This document shows, piece by piece, positions 1 through 8,645 of a stretch of 64,000 nucleotides of DNA (its first letter is position 1; each line of letters opens with the position of its first letter). The DNA comes from Candidatus Woesebacteria bacterium UBA5941 (GTDB taxonomy: Bacteria; Patescibacteriota; Microgenomatia; UBA8517): NCBI GenBank assembly GCA_002430735.1, contig DJCV01000011.1, forward strand, positions 19,612 to 83,611. The letters run 5' to 3'. A program made the position numbers and the translations under genes. Below the pieces are notes generated by a model. It had not been told where the DNA came from. It made no database searches and saw only the letters and a list, made by a program, of their open reading frames with translations.

Positions 1-29
1 AGGAAGAAGTGTTAGCGTCGTTTCCATAC

Positions 30-1085
30 TCACAGCTTAATATCTATCCGTTCGTGAACATACTTTCTCGTGTCGTTATGACTAATAATATGTTTGACCG
101 CGACAGTTCCAACAACCCCTCCCAAGAGCGCTGCAGTTCCCAACTGTGACCATGATATCAACTCTCTATTTAGCACCTTTTCAACTGACTTGGTAACACG
201 CGGATGGACGTGCTCCTCTCCACCAATAATATCTTCAAGGATAAGTGCACCAATATCTGAAAGGCTCTTAATATTTGAAAGCTTCTCATTCCAGTACTGT
301 TCAGGTTTACCGAAAAACTGGTCATACCCTAAGTCATATCGCTCAATATGGAGAATTACTCCATCCGCATTATCAGTAATCATAAGAACAGGGACTTTGT
401 ATTTTTTGGCAATTTTGCGAATTTCCATCTTTAGACCGATGTTATCAATTTCTTCAAAAATCATCGTGATTTTTTTTGCTTCAAGCATTTCACTTAGCCC
501 TTCGATTGAAATACCGTGGTCGAGCACATGCACTGTTAAAAATGGATTGTTCTCATACATTCTCCGGGCGGCTATTACTGATTTGTTTACACCAACCAGT
601 GGCAACCCCGCAGGAAGACGATTCAAATTGGTTGTATCAAGTTCATCATAGTCTGCAATGGTAATCTCGCGAGAAATCCCCGACTGCACCAACGTGTATG
701 CAATGTTGCTCCCGACGCTTAATCCAAAAACAGCAATTTTTTCATCGTAAAGCCTTTTTTGTTCCTCTGGGGTTACGAGATCTCTGTTTCTATTTGTAAT
801 GAGTTCGAAGTATGGATCACTGGTAACTGACTTTACGCAACGGTTAAGCCAGGGATAGTAAATATAAACAAATTCATTCTTTTTTCTGTTTTTATATTCT
901 TCAAAATGAGCGCTACTGTATACAGCCTCTTTATCACTCCCAATAAATTCTCCATTCTCGATAAAGTACAACTCTTTCAATTGCCGTTCAAACACATCGA
1001 GCAATTCAACTGATTTGTGTGCTTTGAGAAACGCTTCTCCAGACTCCGGAGTAAATACTGTTGGTGTGTGATCCATTGTATTCAT
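30..1085 (-). CDS. E1/ThiF/MoeB-like adenylyltransferase family protein with ~110-aa N-terminal extension
   Basis: Rossmann segment IAVFGLSVGSNIAYTLVQSGISREITIADYDELDTTNLNR matches the ThiF/E1 nucleotide-binding block and SNLNRQ-like motif. A later IFEEIDNIGLKMEIRKIAKKYKVPVLM segment matches the ThiF core. The Gly loop is degenerate (GLSVGS instead of GxGxxG), and the only Cys is in the N-terminal extension. Confidence 0.6.
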   Translation of the reverse strand: MNTMDHTPTVFTPESGEAFLKAHKSVELLDVFERQLKELYFIENGEFIGSDKEAVYSSAHFEEYKNRKKNEFVYIYYPWLNRCVKSVTSDPYFELITNRNRDLVTPEEQKRLYDEKIAVFGLSVGSNIAYTLVQSGISREITIADYDELDTTNLNRLPAGLPLVGVNKSVIAARRMYENNPFLTVHVLDHGISIEGLSEMLEAKKITMIFEEIDNIGLKMEIRKIAKKYKVPVLMITDNADGVILHIERYDLGYDQFFGKPEQYWNEKLSNIKSLSDIGALILEDIIGGEEHVHPRVTKSVEKVLNRELISWSQLGTAALLGGVVGTVAVKHIISHNDTRKYVHERIDIKL

Positions 1086-1096
1086 TTTTTTGTATT

Positions 1097-1151
1097 AAAA
1101 AAACCCGCTTTTTGCGGGGTGACGAGTAGAGAGCTTACAGAAGCTCTTCTG
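1097..1151 (-). terminator. tandem hairpins downstream of the pilin gene, with a rho-independent terminator (stem cccgc/gcggg followed by 7 U on the minus strand)
   Basis: Stem 1104-1108/1114-1118 with a TTTTT loop is followed on the minus strand by the run of A at 1097-1103 (U-run in the RNA). A second 8-bp hairpin at 1129-1148 (gagagctt/aagctctt) has its T-run on the plus strand. Confidence 0.55.
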
Positions 1152-1265
1152 TTTTTTCTGTCATACTCTGTGACATGTTTCTTGCATATGGTACAGCTTT
1201 TTACGGCAGAAGAAAAGACTGCTAGTTACCAAGTAACATCACAGTCTTTCCTTATTTCTGGCTAA

Positions 1266-1790
1266 TTACCGTGTTACTGAAATAACACCTGATAATTCTC
1301 CACTGGCTGTCGCAATTAAGCGTCCGTTCGTATCACGATACACTGTGTATCCCGTATTTGCAGCAGTTCCTGTTGAAGGATCCACTGGAATTGCAGCGAT
1401 ATATGTTGGAACAACAAGTTCTTGTTGACCTACAGCAGCTTCAATTTCTCCGGCTGCGCCTAAGTTAAAGCAGCTTCCTCCAGTTCCAATACATGTTGGA
1501 GTTGACGGGAAACTGTTAACGTTCGCATCTGTGTTGGTATCTGGTAAGTTACCATTGTGTTCAGCTGCGAATTGATAAATTGCGTTTGTGATACCAAGAA
1601 GATCAGCACGTCGTTGAGAATCACGAGCTTGTGCAAATTGTCGTCCTGGATTAACAGCAACTAAAACGATCGCTGCTAAAATTCCGATAATACCGATAAC
1701 AACGAGCAATTCGATAAGGGTGAATCCTTCGCGTACTGAAGTTTTTCGCATCAAGGTGAGACCAGCTATTTTTTTATTTTTCATGTTCAT
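1266..1790 (-). CDS. type IV pilin (prepilin-type N-terminal cleavage/methylation domain), candidate major pilin
   Basis: N-terminus ...VREG|FTLIELLVVIGIIGILAAI is a class III signal peptide with Gly-1, Phe+1 and Glu+5. The 3' UTR is long and structured and ends in strong terminators. Confidence 0.85.
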   Translation of the reverse strand: MNMKNKKIAGLTLMRKTSVREGFTLIELLVVIGIIGILAAIVLVAVNPGRQFAQARDSQRRADLLGITNAIYQFAAEHNGNLPDTNTDANVNSFPSTPTCIGTGGSCFNLGAAGEIEAAVGQQELVVPTYIAAIPVDPSTGTAANTGYTVYRDTNGRLIATASGELSGVISVTR

Positions 1791-1837
1791 GGCAGTTATG
1801 ACTGGTTCACCTCCTCTTTCCTTAGTTGTACAAGGTT

Positions 1838-2095
1838 TTAGAGTGGCGCGTCAAGTGGAGGGGACACTTTAGTATTCAAATTGCTATAAACACTATCCAG
1901 TTTATCCTGATTTATACGAGGAGTGCCGCTTTGGAGGAGTGATTCGTCTACTTCATTTGAGACACGAAATGCTGAAAAAATAGTCTGAGCAGTGAAAGCC
2001 ACAAGTAAGGCTATCACTAGTAATACTAAACCAAGTCCTCCAATTGACACTAGTCTACTGGAACTGGTGCTGCGTTGTGGTGTTGTTGCTCTCAT
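1838..2095 (-). CDS. small single-pass membrane protein, probably a pilus-assembly accessory protein
   Basis: 85 aa with a TM helix (IGGLGLVLLVIALLVAF). It is translationally coupled within the pilM/N-pilO-pilin operon. Confidence 0.4.
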   Translation of the reverse strand: MRATTPQRSTSSSRLVSIGGLGLVLLVIALLVAFTAQTIFSAFRVSNEVDESLLQSGTPRINQDKLDSVYSNLNTKVSPPLDAPL

Positions 2096-2096
2096 A

Positions 2097-2633
2097 CTAA
2101 AAATTCGTGTATAAAAATCCTCCGTATTTCACTGTCACCGTACTGTCTACTTCATTCGTGGTGAGTGCGAATGTCACGGGACGAATAAATACTTTTAGTT
2201 TGCTTACTGCGATTAATGTATCGCTAATGGCTTGCTTTGTTCCAGTCAACGTGATTAAAAGGGGCAATCCCTTTAAACCAGCCTTGTCGGAAATTTCTGC
2301 TGTTACCGGAAACTCATAATTCGTAAGTACTCCCGATTTTTTAATTTCATCAAGACTAGAAATTACTGAAATAACAGTATTATCTCCCGATAACGTACTG
2401 GTGATTTGATTTATTTTTTCACCGTTTTTCTCAAGTTCCGACTGTAAGACCGCACTATCAACGGCTGCCTCAGATGCTTGAATTTCAGTTGACAGGGTTT
2501 TTACTTCTTGTGCTTTAACTGGCAATTGGCGAAGCAATATAAGTATACCCATGCAAATAACGAGATTTACTACATTCACGGCAATCACTTTAAATAAAAC
2601 GGGTGAGATTTTTTTCTTTTCGGTAATTTCCAT
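2097..2633 (-). CDS. PilO-like type IV pilus assembly protein
   Basis: An N-terminal TM helix is followed by a coiled-coil and periplasmic domain. Its position immediately downstream of PilM-PilN fits PilO. Confidence 0.55.
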   Translation of the reverse strand: MEITEKKKISPVLFKVIAVNVVNLVICMGILILLRQLPVKAQEVKTLSTEIQASEAAVDSAVLQSELEKNGEKINQITSTLSGDNTVISVISSLDEIKKSGVLTNYEFPVTAEISDKAGLKGLPLLITLTGTKQAISDTLIAVSKLKVFIRPVTFALTTNEVDSTVTVKYGGFLYTNF

Positions 2634-2635
2634 AA

Positions 2636-4030
2636 TTACTTTTTATAATCCATCTGCATACTAAATGGGATACTGGCTTCAGTTAACAAACTTGAAAGCG
2701 GGACTGTGACTTTAGAAAATTCAGGCGCATCTTCAAGTACTTGTTTCAGTTTTAAAAGATCTGCTCGTGATTCAGCGATACCGCTAATACTTACCTTACC
2801 TGTTTCGATATTTACATCATAAGCGAGAATTGTTGTTGTCGGGATTCGTTTTTGTTCAATACTATTTACAGGAACTTGCGGGTACGAGATTGCTTTTATA
2901 ACTGCGTCTAATTTATTCGTCGCGGCGTTCACCTTCGTGATTTCGCTCGATACTGCCGTTAAAGAAGGTTGCCCTGATACGACTTCCTTCGGCGTATTTT
3001 TCTTCGACTGCAATGCAAGTGCTTCTTGAGACAGCAATGTGTATGTCCCAAGAGCCGCAAGGAAGCACATAAACACAACGACAGACCATACAAGCGTTAA
3101 CGTCCAAAGCCTGAAATCTCTCATCTGATTTTTGTAGTGAACAACCCACGCAGGAGGAAGCAAGTTGATCGAGTATGCATTTGAAGGCTCTTCTGGATTA
3201 ATCGATTGTTGAGAGATCGCAATAATATAGTGCTGTATATCACTTTCGCTTAGCCCTGTTACTGAGAGTTTTAAACCTTCAATGGGAAGATTCAATTTAA
3301 CTTGTATTGCGTTCAAAAACTCTTTGGTGAGGCCATTTCCACAAACAGCAACCTTTGCAATGTCATTTTTATTAAAGCGTGCGAGAATCTGTGCGAGATT
3401 CGCAACAACAAGCTGGTCATCTGCATTATTAATAACACTCGTGGCGAGCACTTTTTTCCCCGAGATAACGGTTGCAACAATCGTTCCTTTAGATCGATAT
3501 ACGACGAGCTTCCCTTCGGCATTTCCTTCCGCAATCCGCTCCAAACAAAGTGACGTCGTCTCCACAAATACCGGAAGCAATCCGGCAGCATCAACGGCAC
3601 CCACGAATCCAGAGAGGTCACCTACTTCAATTGCAACGAGTAACACTTCGTAAGAGTCACTTTTCTCGCCAATAATTTTCCAATCAAGCACCATTTCCGA
3701 TCCTTCATGAGGCAAGAATTCTCTTGATTGCCAGCGGACTGCTTCATCAAGTTCAGATAATGAAACACGAGGAAGTACGAGTGTTTTCATAAAAGTAGAA
3801 AACTCAGGGAGAATTAAGCCTATTGCTTTTTCTTTCAACCGCTCCTTTTTCCAAATCATTTTCAAAAGGCCAGCAAACTCTCCCGGCTTTTCTACTTTTC
3901 CTTGAGAGACGATGCCGTCAGGTATTTCGTAAGTAGCGGCTTTGACGACATGCTTTCCCTCCTTAGAAGTCTTTACAATCTTTAGCTTATGATTACTAAC
4001 TGATACAGAAACAAATGATCGACGATACAT
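2636..4030 (-). CDS. PilM-PilN fusion protein (actin-like ATPase PilM fused to bitopic PilN)
   Basis: The N-terminal region is actin/FtsA-like (KIVKTSKEG...VLLVAIEVGDLSGFVGAVDAAGLLPV). It continues into a TM helix (WTLTLVWSVVVFMCFLAALGTY) and a PilN-like periplasmic tail. Confidence 0.7.
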   Translation of the reverse strand: MYRRSFVSVSVSNHKLKIVKTSKEGKHVVKAATYEIPDGIVSQGKVEKPGEFAGLLKMIWKKERLKEKAIGLILPEFSTFMKTLVLPRVSLSELDEAVRWQSREFLPHEGSEMVLDWKIIGEKSDSYEVLLVAIEVGDLSGFVGAVDAAGLLPVFVETTSLCLERIAEGNAEGKLVVYRSKGTIVATVISGKKVLATSVINNADDQLVVANLAQILARFNKNDIAKVAVCGNGLTKEFLNAIQVKLNLPIEGLKLSVTGLSESDIQHYIIAISQQSINPEEPSNAYSINLLPPAWVVHYKNQMRDFRLWTLTLVWSVVVFMCFLAALGTYTLLSQEALALQSKKNTPKEVVSGQPSLTAVSSEITKVNAATNKLDAVIKAISYPQVPVNSIEQKRIPTTTILAYDVNIETGKVSISGIAESRADLLKLKQVLEDAPEFSKVTVPLSSLLTEASIPFSMQMDYKK

Positions 4031-4088
4031 GGGCAGAATGTTTATTTATTATAGCTGGATGGGATTAATACACAAAGGCAGATCAAAT

Positions 4089-5459
4089 ATGAGACACGAT
4101 GTATACTTAACTTATACATACTGCCCCATGAGAACGCGTATTCATTCAGGAGAAATTTACATTGGGGTTGTAATCTCTATTGGTATCTTCATCATGCTTT
4201 CACAAGCTGTGGTTTTGCTTTCAAATACCGGTTATGAATTGATTGGATTTACCCGTGCTCGGAATGCAGCGCGCACCCTTGCGCTCACTAAGATGGAGTA
4301 CGCACGGAATCTCCCATACGATAGCGTTGGGACAGTCGGAGGCATCCCATCTGGAACGATTGCACAAAATGAAACGATTTCATTAAATGGACAACAATAT
4401 GTAGTACAAACCACGGTTCTTTATGTTGATGATCCGTTTGACGGCGTGAGCCCTATTGATACCGTTCCGAACGACTATAAAAGAGTTCGTATCGAGGTCA
4501 CATGGGCGGGACTTGGACCCCGATCAACCAAATCTGTCCTCGTGAGCGATATTGCGCCTAAAGGAGTGGAAAAGGTAACAGGTGGGGGAACGCTTTCCTT
4601 CTTAGTGTTTGATTCCACTGGAACCCCAGTCTCAAACGCTTCTGTTACTATCGCAAGTAGTGGACTCACTCCACCAGTCAACCAATCGCTTACTACGAAT
4701 GATAATGGAAGAATTGTTGTACCTGGTGCCCCTGCATGTGTGAAATGCTATCGAGTGACTGTAACAAAATCAGGGATGAGTACAGATCGGACGTATGGAG
4801 CAAATGAAGTTGCAAACCCTGCGAAGCCAGATCTCACCGTAACGGTCGGTGGGCTTACCGATATGAGCTTTACGATTGATAACTTGGCTACGCTTACTAT
4901 TTCAACAGTCGGGGAGAAGTCTCTTGGATTTCCGTCACTTCCTTCACAATCACTCTTGTTGATTGGCCAGAAAATTATTGGGACAGATACCCTCGATAAT
5001 CCCGTATATAAATACTCACAGGCGGTTACCACTGATAGTGGCGGAACACTGACCCTCAGCAATATGGAATGGGATATCTATACGATTCAACCAGCAACAG
5101 CATCAGCACGGGTTGTGAGTGGAACTAACCCACTTGTCCCGCTTCTTCTTTCACCAAGTGCTACCACCAATATCGCAGTGAGCCTTTCACCACGAACAAC
5201 ACATTCCTTGCTCGCCGCGTTTGTCGATGCGAGCCGCAATCCAATTGCCTCTGTTGCTGCAACGCTTATAGATAATGGCACTCCAATTGCAACCATTTCA
5301 GGTGGTTTGAACTCAGATCCAGATTACGGTCAAGGCTTTTTCTCTGGTCTGAGCGCAAAGACCTACACGATTGAAGCAAGCGCTTCCGGGTTTCAACCGA
5401 TTTCAAATCCGGTGTCCGTAAATGGAACTGACTATGATGAACTTATATTAAACCCATGA
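4089..5459 (+). CDS. large pilus-associated protein with N-terminal TM anchor and repeated beta-sandwich (CarboxypepD_reg/Big-like) domains; candidate minor pilin or tip adhesin
   Basis: N-terminal hydrophobic segment IYIGVVISIGIFIMLSQAVVLL. It is coupled to the downstream minor pilin (4-nt overlap). C-terminal motif YTIEASASGFQPISNPVSV. Start 4089 is chosen because the ORF start at 4029 collides with the divergent pilMN start; 4128 is also possible. Confidence 0.45.
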   Translation: MRHDVYLTYTYCPMRTRIHSGEIYIGVVISIGIFIMLSQAVVLLSNTGYELIGFTRARNAARTLALTKMEYARNLPYDSVGTVGGIPSGTIAQNETISLNGQQYVVQTTVLYVDDPFDGVSPIDTVPNDYKRVRIEVTWAGLGPRSTKSVLVSDIAPKGVEKVTGGGTLSFLVFDSTGTPVSNASVTIASSGLTPPVNQSLTTNDNGRIVVPGAPACVKCYRVTVTKSGMSTDRTYGANEVANPAKPDLTVTVGGLTDMSFTIDNLATLTISTVGEKSLGFPSLPSQSLLLIGQKIIGTDTLDNPVYKYSQAVTTDSGGTLTLSNMEWDIYTIQPATASARVVSGTNPLVPLLLSPSATTNIAVSLSPRTTHSLLAAFVDASRNPIASVAATLIDNGTPIATISGGLNSDPDYGQGFFSGLSAKTYTIEASASGFQPISNPVSVNGTDYDELILNP

Positions 5460-6070
5460 GACACCGTAACCAATCTGGATTCACTTTAGTAGAAACAAGC
5501 GTAACAGCCATATTATTAGTTACCCTTGCTGCAGGGATTGTTGGCTTACAGTATATTTTAGGGAACATTCAAGTAAATACTTTTCAAAGCTTCACGAATG
5601 TAGAGGCGGCGAGTGGAGCAATCAATCGAATTGAGCGAGAGATCCGCACTGCACGCCAGGGTGATAATGGGGCATTTCTTCTCGAGTCTGGGACAAACAA
5701 TTCGCTCACGTTTTATTCGGATGTTGATGCAAACGGATCTACGGATAAAGTAACGTACAGTTTGTCCGGAACAACGCTGACTCGAAGCGTTATCAGGCCA
5801 ACAGGATACCCCGTGACATATCCACCAGGAACAGCACAAGTGACGACTGTCACTGACATTATGCGAAACGGAGCAACTCCCCTTTTTACCTACTACAACG
5901 GAAATTGGCCAGGGGACACAACAAATAATCCTCTCGCAACACCAGTTAATCTTTCGAATGTAAAAATGATCCGCATTTATATCCGACTAAATAACAAAGC
6001 TAATGATAGTAGAAATGATTATATTCTCGACACGAGTGCAACCATTAGAATGGTTAAAACAAACCTATGA
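5456..6070 (+). CDS. prepilin-type minor pilin/pseudopilin
   Basis: MRHRNQSG|FTLVETSVTAILLVTLAAGIV is a canonical prepilin leader with Glu+5. Confidence 0.75.
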   Translation: MRHRNQSGFTLVETSVTAILLVTLAAGIVGLQYILGNIQVNTFQSFTNVEAASGAINRIEREIRTARQGDNGAFLLESGTNNSLTFYSDVDANGSTDKVTYSLSGTTLTRSVIRPTGYPVTYPPGTAQVTTVTDIMRNGATPLFTYYNGNWPGDTTNNPLATPVNLSNVKMIRIYIRLNNKANDSRNDYILDTSATIRMVKTNL

Positions 6071-7443
6071 AACGAAAATTAATACAAGGAACTATTACTC
6101 CAGCCCTCATTGTTATAACCGGTGCATTTTTAGTAGTCATTTACGGGCTATTGTTTCTGCTTGTGTTGCAGGTCGACTTTAGCAATAGAAATTTAGCGAG
6201 TGAGAGTGCGCTTTCGCTTGCCGAAGCAGGAATTAATTATTACCGTTGGCATTTAGCACATGATCCGGCAGACTTTACAGATGCAACAACAAGCGCAGCA
6301 CCCTATGTTCATACGGTTACCGATCCGTCAGGAGGTGTCCTCGGCACATATAGCCTGACAATCACACCTCCTGCGAGTGGATCTGCAATTGTGACAATTA
6401 AATCAGTTGGAGCGTCATCGCTGTACTCAAAAGTAACCAGAACAATTACTGCCCAATATGGACGCCAATCATTGGCTAAGTATTCATTTTTACAAAACGC
6501 TTCAGCCTGGTATGGCTCTGGAATTACTGTCAACGGTGATATCCACAGTAATACCGGAATTCGAATGGATGGAACGAACTTGTCGAAAGTAACAAGTGCA
6601 AATACAACTTACACCTGTGGCAGTGAAACGGGGTGTAGCCCTTCCCAAAGTAGACCTGGAGTGTGGGGTTCAGGTGGAGATCAAACTCTCTGGCAATACC
6701 CGGTACCTTCTGTTGACTTTAATGCCATATCGTTTGATTTTGCTCAAATGAAAACGGCAGCGATTGCAAACGGACAGTGGCTTGGTGCGTCAGGTGCCGC
6801 TGGTTACCATTTAATTTTCAATTCCAACGGAACATATACCATTCGCCGGGTTACTGGAACGAACTACTATGACGCATATGATGCTGATAATGGATGTCAA
6901 AGACAGTATCAACGAATTACCAGCGAGACACAGATCGCAACAGGTTCTGTCTCTCAAAAACCAATCTTATTCTTCGAAGACACGTTGTGGGTGGAAGGAA
7001 CAATAAATGGAAAGGCGACAGTAGTGGCAGCAAAATTCCCCGTGCAAACAAGTAACACAAATATTTGGATTCCTACAAATCTTAATTATTTAGCATACGA
7101 CGGAAATCACAGACTCGGACTGATCGCTCAAACTGATATTTACTTTGCACGCGACATTCCCACAAACTTTCGAGTTGACGGTGCACTCATGGCACAGAAA
7201 GGGAAAATTATTAGGCATGGATATATTAGTAGCTGTGGAAGCACAACCAATGCAGTCAGAAACAGCTTGACGATTAACGGTGCGATTATTTCGTATAACA
7301 AGTCCTATTGGAATTTTAATAATCCTGTTGTTTCTGGTTTCACAACACGAACGATTAACTATGACACGAGATTACTCTATGAGCCTCCTCCATACTTTCC
7401 AGTTACTGGTGACTATGAATTCATAAGCTGGAAAGAAGAATAA
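6067..7443 (+). CDS. PilX-like pilus assembly/minor pilin protein
   Basis: N-terminal TM helix followed by ...SLAEAGINYY, resembling the PilX_N AEAG motif. It is third in the minor-pilin operon. Confidence 0.5.
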   Translation: MKRKLIQGTITPALIVITGAFLVVIYGLLFLLVLQVDFSNRNLASESALSLAEAGINYYRWHLAHDPADFTDATTSAAPYVHTVTDPSGGVLGTYSLTITPPASGSAIVTIKSVGASSLYSKVTRTITAQYGRQSLAKYSFLQNASAWYGSGITVNGDIHSNTGIRMDGTNLSKVTSANTTYTCGSETGCSPSQSRPGVWGSGGDQTLWQYPVPSVDFNAISFDFAQMKTAAIANGQWLGASGAAGYHLIFNSNGTYTIRRVTGTNYYDAYDADNGCQRQYQRITSETQIATGSVSQKPILFFEDTLWVEGTINGKATVVAAKFPVQTSNTNIWIPTNLNYLAYDGNHRLGLIAQTDIYFARDIPTNFRVDGALMAQKGKIIRHGYISSCGSTTNAVRNSLTINGAIISYNKSYWNFNNPVVSGFTTRTINYDTRLLYEPPPYFPVTGDYEFISWKEE

Positions 7444-7448
7444 CGATT

Positions 7449-7477
7449 TTGCAATTACTTCAGTTATAGGATACAAT
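7449..7477 (+). promoter_or_regulatory. sigma70-like promoter TTGCAA-17-TACAAT
   Basis: ttgcaa at 7449-7454, a 17-nt spacer, and tacaat at 7472-7477. It lies 31 nt upstream of the ATG at 7509, with aaagggga as an SD-like element. Confidence 0.45.
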
Positions 7478-7508
7478 ACGGAGCTCATTTAATAAAAAGG
7501 GGAAGATA

Positions 7509-7916
7509 ATGCGTAAGAAAGTGCTAATCATTTTCGGTTTCGGCGTGATGCTGTCTATAGGTTTCCTGATCGGTCGAGCGAGCCACCCGGTGCCAGTGAA
7601 TGCTGAACCAGTGGCCATCCAAGAACATACCCCGGAACAAATATTTCCCGTCATCGAAATCGGACAAGAATTCCGGCTAGCGGAGTTCGTTCCACCACGC
7701 GTCGTTGCGGGCATTTTGTCTGCTGGTGGATATGTTCGGCTTGAAACAAAAAGCGAAATTTTCCAAGATTTTGAGGTCATGCTGCCGACGCAGTATCAAG
7801 TAACATATAGCGCGAAACCGGGACGATGTGCGTTTAAGCTGGTGGAAGCAAATATGGCCATCATTTCGCTCCCACCAAATGGCAGTGGGGACTGCTTACC
7901 CATAAGCGAGCGTTAG
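7509..7916 (+). CDS. secreted hypothetical protein (signal peptide, about 110-aa mature domain)
   Basis: MRKKVLIIFGFGVMLSIGFLIG is a signal peptide. The gene has its own promoter and terminator and is slightly more GC-rich than its neighbours. Confidence 0.5.
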   Translation: MRKKVLIIFGFGVMLSIGFLIGRASHPVPVNAEPVAIQEHTPEQIFPVIEIGQEFRLAEFVPPRVVAGILSAGGYVRLETKSEIFQDFEVMLPTQYQVTYSAKPGRCAFKLVEANMAIISLPPNGSGDCLPISER

Positions 7917-7936
7917 CCTCAATTTACCTGAGCAGG

Positions 7937-7967
7937 CCTGTGATATTTTGTCACAGGTCTTTTTTTA
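7937..7967 (+). terminator. rho-independent terminator
   Basis: Stem cctgtga (7937-7943) / tcacagg (7951-7957) with a 7-nt loop is followed by tcttttttt. Confidence 0.65.
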
Positions 7968-8645
7968 TGGCGTTTGAGTAGCGGTAGGGAGGCAGAGTTC
8001 ATTTCCGATGACAGTTCTCCCCGTCTGTTGATTCCCTGGATCGTTACAATCGGGTGGGAGAGGGGTAGCACTGCTACCGGGAGTAGGCGTTGGAGTAGTT
8101 GTCGGTGCAGGAGTTGGAGGATCCGCACAATAACTTAATTTCCAATGGGTGCACCAACTTGGACCACCACCATTTCCCCCACCTCCACTTCCTCCACCAG
8201 AACCACCTGATCCTGCAGGAGTGGGCGTTGGAGTAGGGAAGTATTGACTCACGTCTCCCCCACCATTTCCTCCTCCCCCGCCGCCGACACCATCTTCTGC
8301 AAGCACCGCATTACCAAGTTCATCGTTTCCAACGTTCACTGTTGCACTACCATTAGTCACCTCCGCATTCTGTGCCCAATTTGCATAGTAATATTCAAAA
8401 AGACTGGATGTTTTATCTCTCCCCCACAGTTCGGTACGGGTGCCTTCACTTGTCTGCCATACAGCGTTACCACTTCCGTCAATTTGTAACGAAATGCCAT
8501 TGCCTTTCAAGGTGATTGATTCGACTGGTTCAATCGGCGCTGCTCTTTTGCTCATTCCGTTTCTTGCTAAGAGCGTCACGAGTACGACGAGTGCAATTAC
8601 CCCAATGATAATTCCTCCGATGAGAAGTGGACTTGTTTTTTTCAT
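7965..8645 (-). CDS. membrane-anchored Gly-rich / Pro-Thr-rich low-complexity surface protein
   Basis: N-terminal TM segment LLIGGIIIGVIALVVLVTLLA. It contains GGGGGGNGGG and TPTPTP tracts, and a conserved middle region with a Cys pair (SWCTHWKLSYC). Confidence 0.5.
   Translation of the reverse strand: MKKTSPLLIGGIIIGVIALVVLVTLLARNGMSKRAAPIEPVESITLKGNGISLQIDGSGNAVWQTSEGTRTELWGRDKTSSLFEYYYANWAQNAEVTNGSATVNVGNDELGNAVLAEDGVGGGGGGNGGGDVSQYFPTPTPTPAGSGGSGGGSGGGGNGGGPSWCTHWKLSYCADPPTPAPTTTPTPTPGSSATPLPPDCNDPGNQQTGRTVIGNELCLPTATQTP

Noticed and set aside
94-651. 185-aa plus-strand ORF, and similar antisense ORFs at 3282..3653, 41230..41544, 48177..48917 and 62042..62224
   Set aside because: They lie entirely inside better-supported genes on the opposite strand, which have recognisable domains (ThiF-like, PilM, SGNH (TP)n linker, Lon). 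They are shadow ORFs created by codon bias and low complexity.
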